64,000 nucleotides of DNA from Octopus sinensis (taxonomy: Eukaryota): the NCBI RefSeq assembly GCF_006345805.1, contig NC_042999.1, positions 75,020,001-75,084,000 of the forward strand, written 5' to 3'. Below, piece after piece: positions 1 through 11,800 of this stretch (positions are counted from its first letter, which is position 1; every line of letters starts with the position of its first letter). The notes beneath the pieces were generated by a model. It made no database searches and was not told the origin of the DNA. It was given only the letters and a program-made list of their open reading frames with translations. Made by a program: the position numbers and the translations under genes.

Positions 1-369
1 ACTTTATTTCATGAGCCAATTACCCTAACCATTAAGTCACAGACCTTCTACCTACTAGAAACAGCTGCCAATTCTCCTGAAAATCATTTAGAAAGACTAT
101 CTCTATGATATAAATGTAGCCTTGACTTAGAACATTGTTTTTAGAAAAGTTATTTATGGAAAAGTCAATTCAAGTTATTTTGTATAATATGGAATAAAAT
201 ATGTTGTAGAATGTGAAATAAATTATCTTTAAGATAAAAGTTTCAGTTATATAATATTTAAAAAAATTACTTTGCAAAGACAAATGAAATTTCAATAATT
301 CCAGTTAAACAGTATCTAATGTAGCATCTATTTTTATGAAAATGAAAATAAAGGTAAAGTTAATGAGTT

Positions 370-750
370 GCAAATTCTGGAAATTGTAGTCGATCAACAT
401 CAATGGAAATTGTAGCTGTGATACTAGTACTGGTGGCACGTAAGAGAACCATCCGAACGTGGCCATTGCCAGCGCTGCCCCGACTGGCTTCTGTGCCAGT
501 GGCACGTAAAAAGCACCATCCAATCGTGGCCGTTTGCCAGCCTCGTCTGGCACCTGTGCAGGTGGCACGTAAAGAGCACCCACTACACTCACGGAGTGGT
601 TGGCATTAGAAAGGGCATCCAGCTGTAGAAACACTGCCAGATCAGACTGGGCCTGGCGCAGCCTTCTGGCTTCCCAGACCCCAGTTGAACCGTCCAACCC
701 ATGCTAGCATGGAAAATGGACGTTAAACGATGATGATGATGATGATGATA
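370..750 (+). mobile_element. 5'-truncated 3' end of the RTE LINE family seen at 19.8-22.5 kb
   Basis: Shares atcaatggaaattg, the GGTGGCACGTAAAAAGCACC modules, GGAAGGGCATCCAGC and a (GAT)n tail with 22060-22460. Confidence 0.75.
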
Positions 751-765
751 TAGTAAATATAGGTG

Positions 766-1178
766 CAGGAGTGGCTGTGTGGTAAGTAGCTTGTTCTCGG
801 TTCAGTCCCACTGCATGGCACCTTGGGCAAGTATCTTCTACTATAGCCTTAGGCTGACAAAAACCTTGTGAGAGAATTTGATATACGGAAACTGAAAGAA
901 GCCCGTCATACATATATATATATATATATGTGTTTCTTTATTGCCCACAAGGGGCTAAACATAGAGGGGACAAACAAGGACAGACAAACGGATTAAGTCG
1001 ATTACATCGACCCCAGTGCGTAACTGGTACTTAATTTATCGACCCCGAAAGGATGAAAGGCAAAGTCGACCTTGGCGGAATTTGAACTCAGAATGCAACA
1101 ACAGACGCAATACCGCTAAGCATTTCGCCCGGTGTGCTAATGTTTCTGCCAGCTCGCCGCCTTATATATATACATATG

Positions 1179-1211
<33 letters not shown>

Positions 1212-1405
1212 CTGTGTTTGTTCCCCCCAACATCGCTTGACAGTCGGTGCTGGTGTGTTTACATCCCTGTAACTTAGTGGTTCAGCAAAAAAGACCGATA
1301 GAATAAGTACTAGGCTTACAAAGAATAAGTCCTGGGGTCGATTTGCTTGACTAAAGGTGGTGCTCCAGCATGGCTGCAGTCAAATGACTGAAACAAGTAA
1401 AAGAC
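766..1405 (+). mobile_element. tRNA-derived SINE with a central (TA/TG)n tract, interrupted by a second SINE
   Basis: A/B-box-like GTGGCTGTGTGG...GGTTCAGTCCC followed by CCTTGGGCAAG. An uninterrupted inverse copy lies at 10920-11270. Confidence 0.7.
935..1161 (-). mobile_element. tRNA-derived SINE (GCCTTTCATCCTTTCGGGGTCGATAAA core), nested in the previous SINE
   Basis: Reverse strand reads GGCGGCGAGCTGGCAG...GAGTTCAAATTCC...core. Further copies at 3757-3984, 39436-39650, 44240-44590 and 47989-48163. Resemblance to Meta/MESC-domain SINEs is from memory only. Confidence 0.75.
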
Positions 1406-1719
1406 AGAGTAGGATTTTAAATGGGCATACAAGCAGCAAAATCAGTACAGCAAAAGATTAACACTCTTATAGTGTTTATTTACATCTCTCTTCATTTCAG
1501 TTCAAATTACATCTGGTAAAAAATCATATTTCCTCTCTCTGGTGTCAAGAAAAAGAGTACCATTCTAACATTTAAATTTGTAACCTACCAATGATGTTTA
1601 CATTATTTACATTTGACGGATATTTGTTTTCATCTTGTTTGTTGTTAACACAATGTTTTGGCTGATATACCCTCCAGCTTTCATCATACGAATGTTATTG
1701 TTATTGTTTTATATTTTAG

Positions 1720-1878
1720 CTGGGATCGCAAATCATGTATGCACGTTTAATAATCCACTGCTCTGTCAATATGAAATTAGTTGTATGAACCCTCAGGAAT
1801 ATATATGGAGGACGGGGAAGGGAGCAACTCCATCAAGTGAAACTGGGCCTAGCACTGATTATTCAAAAAAAACCAATG
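1720..1878 (+). CDS. Exon 1 in window: MAM1 N-terminal part
   Basis: ttttag|CTGGG...AATG|gtaagt, phase 1-1. Encodes [11 protein letters not shown]...[20 protein letters not shown], the MAM CxF..C..W..G.TPS..TGP..D motif. Confidence 0.93.
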
Positions 1879-1914
1879 GTAAGTTTAATTTATTTTGTTT
1901 TACTTTGCACACTT

Positions 1915-1962
<48 letters not shown>

Positions 1963-2086
1963 TATGCATGTAGCATGTATGTATATGGATACGGGAACTG
2001 GCACTGAAAGTAGAGCTTGTACAGAAACAATTGTAAATGCTCATTAAAGATGTGTTAAAGTCTTTCTTTGTTTTCTTTTTGGGATT

Positions 2087-2136
<50 letters not shown>

Positions 2137-2152
2137 TTATATGTATATATTA

Positions 2153-2215
<63 letters not shown>

Positions 2216-3442
2216 TATATAAAAGGGCTTAGTAAAATAAATTACTTTGCCGCATACTGAACTCATTAGAAATAGCAGCTAAAAAAACTTTTTTAAAGAG
2301 CAAACACTATATGAGAGAGGTTTTCTTTAAGTATTAGAAATAGTTTTAAAAAAGTTTTTTTAGCTGCTATTTCTAATGAGTTCAGTATGCGGCAAAGTAA
2401 TTTATTTTACTAAGCCATTTTATATAATGTAATAATTTGAATTCGCCTTAATTGGTCCCTTTGCATACTGAATACTTGGTGAAATTGATTAATTAATTAA
2501 TTTTACCCTCAATTGTTGAAATTATATGTATATATATGTATACATTTATATGTATATATGTATATATATATATATATATATGTGTTACAAAATATAAAGT
2601 TATATCTTGAGATTGTTAGTGACAACAACGCTCAAGATTATATAACAGACTGGAATAGTAGTGCCCAAACGAGCAGTATACACTTTTTTTTTAATCCGAG
2701 GGGTGGCAATGCGAGAAGCAACTAAAGGAACATTACAAAATCCACAGAAAGATCAAACACATACATATATTAATATATTCATTTATATCTACAGAACAGA
2801 TATATAGCCTGACGTTTAAAAGTTAAAAAATTTAGTAATATATAAATATATCATATAAAAATATATAAATATACAAGAGAATCAAAGTTGTATATATAAC
2901 ACCTTGAATTTACGCTTAAACTCATAAAACATTTAGTATAAATTCGTTACAATAAAAAATTTGGGGCAATAAAACACAATGACATAATAAAAGACGAATT
3001 AAAATTCCAGAAAAATCTACATAGAAGATAAATATACAAGTTTATAAAAATACATAAAAGTCCATCTACGGGCCGTTTCGGAGATGCGCCAATTAATATG
3101 AAGCATATCATATATTTAAAATTGACACTCCCCTCGTTAGGATGTTCTATATGCACAACACATAGTATATGGGAACAAATGCACAATTACATACTGGCTA
3201 TATTCTAAATCAAGACATTACGTACTCCCCAAAATTCTCATCGATACTGAATGCTACTTTATAAGCATATAATTCAATCCAGCAGCCATAGTAAATGGTA
3301 TGCGCACAGCTCCATCTGGACTATTTCACTTCTGCACTTAATTTATTTTAATCTTATAACTTCTCCCGTTAGCATTCAGTATCGATGAGAATGTTTATTT
3401 TTATTTTATATAATTAATTTTCCATTTCCCTTTGATATGTTG

Positions 3443-3483
<41 letters not shown>

Positions 3484-4439
3484 AGCTGAAATAGCTCAGC
3501 TGGGAGAGAATTAGACTGAAGATCTAAAGGTCTCTGGTTTAAACCCAGGTTTTACCATCCAATGTTTGGCACATGTCTTTTGGTGTTAGGAAGTACATCC
3601 AGCTGTAGAAACCATGCCAAATCAGATGAGTATGGTGTAGCCCTTGAGCTTACTAGCTCTGGTCAAATCATCCAACCCAAGCCAACATGGACCACAGACT
3701 TTAAATGATGGTGGTCATGATGAGGATGATGATGCTGATGATGATGATATATATGCTTCTTTATTACCCACAAGGGGCTAAACATAGAGGGGACAAACAA
3801 GGACAGACAAATGAATTAAGTCGATTACATAGACCCCAGTGAGTAACTGGTACTTAATTTATCGACCCCGAAAGGATGAAAAGCAAAGTAGGCCTCGGCG
3901 TAATTTGAACACAGAATGTAACGGCAGATGAAATATGGCTACGCATTGCGCCCGGCATGCTAATGGTTCTGCCAGCTCGCCACCTTTTGATGATGATAAA
4001 TACTCACATAGATGATGGCATCTCCCATCATAGACAACATATCACTGTTCAGTTTTTATTGAACAGCCTGGTTGGAGTTACATATATCATTTAATAATTA
4101 TTTCATTCAGCTCCACGTAATTTGAAGTTTTATGGGCTTGTATCACAATCCTAGCTCTTCAAGTTTACATAAACAAATGAAGGAAGTTCAAAGGGGCTAC
4201 TGGAGAGTGCGTTGCTATTGGGCAATATGATCTTGTTGATATAGGTAATGATATGGTTGTAACATCAGATAGAAATTCCAATCTGCATTTCTAGAACTGC
4301 ATGGTTGGAAAGAATGTTGGTTGTGCTTTGCTGTCTAGGGAATGGAGTGAGAATTACTACTGACATTAGTTGCCAGTATGCATCTGTGTGTGGTTATAAC
4401 TACTGCATGAGTACCTGAATGTGTTTATCTGGTGTGAGT

Positions 4440-4474
<35 letters not shown>

Positions 4475-5831
4475 CAGACAACCCAAATATACCACCTTAG
4501 GTCTGGTTGCCTCATAAGCAAGGGCAGGGTACATAACTTCTGCTGGCTGCATGGACCACATACTAATCCATCCAGACCTTTTAGCCTTGTGTATCTTCTG
4601 TAATTTTTGATTATTGTATTTATATATGTATACATATATGGATATGTATATATGCTCTTTTCTTTCTTTCTTTCTTCCCCTAGCACTGCTAAACCCTAAT
4701 CCAACAACAAACCTCTATACCCACCCATCCAATGATGCTCTTGCTACTAGTAGGCACCAAACACAACACACCAGCACATCAGTATGCATATACCCACACA
4801 CTATATGCATATGTGTCACCAGCATGGAGGCCATTCAGGCGGTACTGGCATCAACTACACTCGAATGGTGCTTTTTGTGCCACCAGCACTGGCATTGGTC
4901 ATGTTTGAATGGTACTTTTTACATGTCACTGGCATGGGTGCCAGTCAAGCAGTACTGTTATTGGCCATGATAACAATTTTTTACATGACTCAATAGGTTT
5001 TCTCAAGCCCAGCACATTGCCCAACGATTGAAGGGAACTCTTAAATAGGCCGGTTATGCAACACTGGCATAGGCCATAGCAATGATTTCACTTATTTTGC
5101 TGGGTCTTCTCATGTACATCATATCTCCAAAGGTCTCGGTCGCTAATCATTGCCTCAATGAGGCCCACCATTCAAAGGTCATGCTTCACCACCTCATCCC
5201 AGGTCTTCCTTAATTTACCTCTTCCACAGTTAGAGATCAGCACTTCTTTACAAAGCTGTCCTCATTCATACATAACACATAACCAGTGCAGTTGTCTCTC
5301 TTGTACACCACACCTGATGCTTCTTAATATATATTTTTATATGCAGTGTAAATATGAGGGTAAAAAATTAAAATAATTTATTACCAGTGCTTCGCATGTG
5401 TAATAAAAATCATAAGGCATCACATATTTTTATATATAGGTGTGTACAAAGATTTTCACACAAGAGAAGGCCCCTAACAGAACTTCTTACTTGCTAAGAA
5501 AGGCAATTAAACCCAAACTCCGAAAAAAGAGTTCTTAAGGCATGCTGTTAATGGCATTAGAGTGAACAAAATAAAAAATTAGTTAATCCTATACTCAAGT
5601 TTTGAATTATATTAATAGTGAAACTTGAGTATAGGATTAACTAATTTTTTAATTTGGTTCACTCTAGTGCCATTAACAGTGTGCCTTAAGAATTCTTTTT
5701 TCATGGTTTGGGTTTAAATGCCCTTTTTAGCATGTAAGAAGTCCTGTCAAGGGTCTTCTCTCTGTATATAAATCTTTATACACTCATATATATATATATG
5801 CGTGTGTGTGCGTGTGTGTGTGTGTATGTGC

Positions 5832-5870
<39 letters not shown>

Positions 5871-8800
5871 ATGGACTTTGTACTGCTTCCATCTACCAAA
5901 TTTAGTCTCAAGTTATTGTAGCAGGACTATAGAAAAAGATATGTTATGCTGAATGTTTTGGGGATCAATTTTATTGAATCAGAGTTCAGTCAACTGCAAA
6001 GTGAATTTCATAATTACACTGCCATGTCTACACCAATTATCTTATATCCTTTAGTTTTATTCATTTTTGAAAACTTATTGAAAGTTAAATGGTGTCTTAT
6101 TGAAAGTTAAGTGATAAAATTTTAATATATTACAAGTGAGTAAAGTGCTGAGTTGGCAGAATAATTAGCATACTGGGCAAATTGCATAGTGGCATTTTGT
6201 CCGACTACATTCAAATTTTGCTGAGGCTGACTTTGCTTTTCATGCTTCCAAAGTTGATAAAATAAGCACCAGTCAAGCACTGGATTTGATGTAATTGACT
6301 TACCCCAAATTGCTAGCCTTGTGCTAAATTTAAAACCGATATATTACAACTGAGTTAACATTTATATTAACTTAAAATAATCCCATTAAATATCAAATTT
6401 TTCTTCATAAAAATTGATCAGTAATTTTGATATCCAATTACACTGTCTAAATTTTAACAAATTAATGTTTTCACTTGTTTGCAGGATACTATATGTATGC
6501 AGATGCTTCTTATGGAAAGCCTAATGCTAGAGCAGAACTGAAATTTCTAGTTTCTAATGTCAAAGGGAAAAATCTGAAGTTTGTATACAACATGTTTGGA
6601 AGTGAAATTGGTCAGCTATATGTCATATTTAACACTAGTAAATCATTAGCTAAACTATCTTCAAGCAAAGAAATAGTTTGGACAATGAAAGGAAATAAAG
6701 GAAAATATTGGCTCAAAGCATGTGTACCTATTACAAATGACATAAGTGAAATCATATTTGTAGCTGTAAGAGGATCTTCATACAAAGGAGACATTGCAAT
6801 AGACAATGTGGCAATTGAAGAAAAAGGATGCCCTGGTAATGTTTAAAAAGTTCATTTTTCATATGTAAAATGGTTTGCTAAATTGACAGGGCTTGTTTAT
6901 ATATGATGAGAGTAACTATTATTGACTTGATCGCTGGGTAGATATAAATGAAGAGGTATTGCACTAGCCTAAACAGTTAATTTCATTATTTTACCCTCTA
7001 GAACAAATTCTATCAACATTGAAAAGACTGGGGTTTATAAGTACAATTGATTACACTGCCCATTCAGTATTAGTAAAAAAGCATTGTTGAATTGATATTT
7101 TGGTAGAATTTGCCACTGTATTATAATATATCAAAATATCTGTACTATGAATCCGTAACTAGCTTGGCAACTCAAATAGTTAAACAGAGAGTAGAGTGCT
7201 AGGAGAAAATCATGAAAAATCCAAAATAAATCTACTCTCTTTCAATGAATTTTTTCCCAACTTAGAAAAACCTTTGCATATCTCTTAAAGGAACTTTTTA
7301 TTCTTTCTTCAAAGCAGAATCTCACTTTATAAACCAAACTTGGCATAGTTGTTTGTCAATTCCAGCATGAAATGCTTAGAAATTCAAAGTTTTGCATGTA
7401 TATTAAAGAGTCTAAAGGTTTTTCCTTCATAAAGGAAACCAATTCAACAATGAGTAGCTATTTGTACTTTACAAAGTGTAAATGTAGTATCTGCAAAGTA
7501 CTGCTCCCATCTCTAGAGTATTATATTCATTCATTGACACTGTTCAGACACTAGTCAATCTTCTGTTAGTTATACAGTAATAGCAAAATATTGAAAACCT
7601 GCATAAGAAATAAAGATTTTGAGTTCAAACCCAGCCTAGGGGAATGAATATATGTAGGAATGGGGCACAAAAAAAATAGCGATTTCTTTGATCAAGTTTT
7701 TATGTAAACACAAAATTTGAGCACTGAAGTTAATAGTTTGGTCATTTTTAATTGTTATGCTACACTAAATTCAACAACTGTAAAACTGTCAGATAATACA
7801 GGATCTCTTCTCTTCTAATAACTTTATTGAGTAAACTGTTCGGAATTACCTCATAAAATACACATTTTAGCCACATAAATGGTACGATGAAAACATTCAG
7901 TAAAATAATTAGTTTGGTTTTTTTTTACCAATAAATGAAATAAAAAAAATCTAGCTGAAAACTACTGGTTGAATAAATAAAGTTCATGGTTTGTATCTGT
8001 TCATAGGTATTGTGCAGTGATCATGAAAATAATTAACTGCAAAATCAGCCATTTTATCACATTTTAAAGAAGTCCCCTGAGTGGTACAACTCATTGTTGT
8101 ATATTTGAAAATTCTTTTATAACACAAATATTTAAGTAGTTTGCAGTACTAAGTTTGATTTTAAATTTATCTATTGATATAGCTTTGTATGAAGAAATTC
8201 TACCGACAACATTGCTCAATTCAAATCATTCCATAAGATGACTTGTATGAAATGTCCTACATGAAGTAGAAATCTTTATTTAAGGCCCTCAAATAATCCA
8301 ATGGATGATGAGATTCCCAGATATCTAGCTTTCAATGTAACTAGCTATGGTGCATTAAATATCTGGGATAACATCATACATTGCAAGTTTTAGCCATGTA
8401 AGTAGGCATGGAACCTAAGGTGGAGGAGGCATGAAAGTTACTAGGATCATACTCTTCATCCTAATGAAGATACCAAGGTCAGAAAAATTAAATAACAACA
8501 ATCAAAACTGAAATAAACAGGGATCCCAACAGAAAAGTGTTAAGAATTTAATCTCACTTATCTTAGAGGGATAGCAAAGATGATGGCAACATCCTTTTCT
8601 TCCTGACTAAGCTATAACTGTCTCTCCACACACCCCAACATATATGTACACGTACCAGACAGCAAAAAACAGCTTACCCCTTTACTTAATTTCATTAATT
8701 GATATAAAAAATTTTTATTTCAGTATGTTAATATACATGATGCATACTTTAAGAAAAAAATCTAAAATAGGATAAATTTGGACTCAAAAACAATAGCCAT

Positions 8801-11800
8801 TATAGTTTCATCACAAATTATATTTTTCATACAAAAAAAGACAAAAAATTGAGGTTTAAGATGTTTTTCTTTTTAATATCTATACAGAGACATTATAAAA
8901 TTGTTGTAACTTAATTAATAATTATTTGAATTGGAAGTAAAGGGAGAACCATTCCTTTTTCCTTTAAATATTTCTGCTCCAGTAAGATAAACTTTCAAAG
9001 AAATTTATCTGTTTTGAAAATGCAGACATTCAGTTCTTCGAATTATGATGCACAAACTTTCTTTTACATTATATTTTTATATATTACTGCAGGTCCTTTT
9101 GACTGTGACTTTCAAAGCAAAACATGCAAATATACAGTATACAAATATAGTCTTGCATGGAGAATTGTATCCCAAAATTCAACTTCAAGCGGTAAATTTC
9201 ATTTTCTGTTATCCAAACTGTCATCATATGATTATACACATGTATACAGTCATGACAAAAGTAAATAGACACCCCTCTAATCGTTAAAATTTATTTAAAT
9301 CTGAAATTTTGCATTTAAATTATTTATTAATTATTATAATGTGAATATTTAATATCTAGTTGACATGTTCCTTGCCTTTTTCAATGCAAGGGCCCTCCCT
9401 ATTAGGCATACTAATTATGGATATTCTCTTGAGGAATTTCTTGCCAAGTTTCATGCAGTAATATAAAAATATCTGACTTTGAGGATGTTTTCATGTTCTT
9501 TTTGCAAAGTGTCCTGTCCATTATGCCCCAGAGGTGTTCAGTAGGTGACTGACTTGGTCATGGAAGCTTTTTAATGCCACTCTCTTCCAAGCAGTTTTGG
9601 TTCTTTTTAGCCATGTGACAAGAAACCTCATCTTCCATCATTAGAGAGTCTTCTTTATCATTTCACCACTGGAGAAGATTAGAAGGAGTTCTTTCTGCAA
9701 TATGTTCACATATTTACTGCATTTATGTTTCCTTCACAATTCACCTACACTTGACCACTCTCAGGAAATACAGCAATTCTGGGCTCATCAGAGAGTATGA
9801 CAGTGTCTAAATTGCTAGTGGCCTCTCCACCATCTCACTGGCCCAATCTTTTCTCTGCTTGATATTGGCTGGTTGAAGAGGTGGCTTCTTTCTTGCTGCT
9901 CTGCCACAGTAGCCAAGTTTGTAGCAATACCTGATAGATGTTCTGGGACTGACATCCATTTGTTCTGCTATGTCAGAAGTCTTGCAACAAGGATTATCCT
10001 CCACACATCTGTTAATAAAGCGAAGAGTTCTGTCAGAGGGCCCTGGTCAACCTGGGCGAAATGATGTGGACTCCTTCTCCTCTCTGGTGAATTGCATAAT
10101 CATTTTATTAACTGTAGAAAGTGGGATCCCAAGTTTTCTGCGATTTAACACTAAGTCCACATTCAGATTGACCCACAATATGGCCTCTTTGAAATTTGGA
10201 CTGTTCCAAGGCTTCTTTTGTAGATGGCATGAACCTGAAACATAAAAATGCCAATTAATAAAAAGTATAAACCTTTTCAAGTTAAAAATAAACATAAGAC
10301 TATATTTTGAGTGTCTATTTACTTCTGTCATGTCTATGAACATAAATGCAATTACAAGTATATATATCAACATTTTAATGTATATCAATCCATGATTATG
10401 TATGTTCGATGGAATTAATTGGGCTAGATTTTCTACAGTCATATGCCTTTCCTGTCATCAATCCATAAATGTTTCTAAGCTTACAAACTTCTTACACTTG
10501 GATCCCTGGATCTTACCATTATATATACATTACAGACAATAAAGTAAATTTTGAATGCAATATAGCTGTGAAAACAGCTGAAAAAAATTAGGTATTTACT
10601 GTAAGATTGGTTATTTACCATTCTGAGGGTAAATACTCAATCTTTCTCAGCTGTTTTCTGTTGTGTGAGCGCTCCTAGATGATAAGTAGGCGAGTTCGAT
10701 ATGTTTAAATAGTGGACGTGATAGCTAGACGAGGAGCATTGAGTGGAGCAATTCTGAGTTGTTGATTTAGTTTGGTGACAATGTTGTTGTTGCAACTGAT
10801 GAAATTATGATTAATGAGAACAGTAAAATGGAACTGCTTGCTTTGGGGAGTGGGTAAGCCATTGCATTTTTCATTCCTTATTCATTATACTCTTTTACTC
10901 TTTTACTTGTTACAGTCATGTGACTGTGGCCATTGCTGGAGCACTGCCTTTAGTCGAGCAAATCGACCCCAGGACTTATTCTTTGTAAGCCTAGTATTTA
11001 TTCTATCGGTCTCTTTTGCCAAACCGCTAAGTTATGGGGACGTAACACATCAGCATCGGTTGTCAAGTGATGGTGGGGGACAAGCACAGACACACAAACA
11101 CACACACACACATACACATATACAATGGGCTTCTTTCAGTTTCCGTCTATCAAATCCACTCACAAGGCTTTGGTCGGCCCGAGGCTATAGTAGAAGACAC
11201 TTGCCCAAGGTGCCATGCAGTGGGACTGAACCTGGAACCATGTGGTTCATAAGCAACACAGCCACTCCCATGCCTAAATATATTCATATTTCATGCATCA
11301 TATGTTCATATATAATATTCATATTTCATACATCACATTCTATGTACCCCACATTTTATGTTGTCTGTCCTTGTGTTGTTCCCTCTATATTCAGGCTTTA
11401 TGCCTATAATAAAGAAAGAGTGTCAAGTAGAGTGAGCTGGAGCTGTCAGTGGTCTAGACGTTGAGTTCTGTTGAGTCAAGTCGTCAGAAGTGAGAGTTCG
11501 GTAGTTGAGTAGAGGTATGTCATTGGTGAAGGTACACCATCTGAATGTATGATATAACAGTGGCAACGAGGTTTCGAATAGTACCAAAATGGAAGAGTTA
11601 CTGAAAGCAGTTGTCAAACAACAAGAGCAACAGCAGCAACTACAGAAGTTAACAGAATTGTAACTGCATTCGAGAAATACAACAGAATCATTTTCAGTGG
11701 ATGGTGTTGCAAATTCCATCGAAGAATTTCACTACAAACCAGATGAACGTGTCACAGTTCGTGTCAGAGAAAGCATTGGAAAAATTGAAATTAAAATTGA

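Noticed and set aside
430-600. Repeat-spacer-like pattern resembling CRISPR (also 22095-22300)
   Set aside because: The units are degenerate, the spacers are related to each other, the context is a eukaryotic LINE tail, and there are no cas genes.
305-697. ORFs such as MDGSTGVWEARRLRQAQSDLAVFLQLDAL (also 22072-22407 and 27466-27654)
   Set aside because: They are recurrent antisense translations of the RTE/SINE tail, not genes.
3485-3557. Functional tRNA-Phe gene
   Set aside because: It has acceptor and D-stem mismatches, a mutated TTC in the T loop, and no oligo-T terminator directly downstream.
6836-6846. In-frame stops just past several donors (for example GNV* after exon 2) as terminal exons of short secreted isoforms
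   Set aside because: Such stops are expected by chance in AT-rich introns, and there is no evidence without transcripts.
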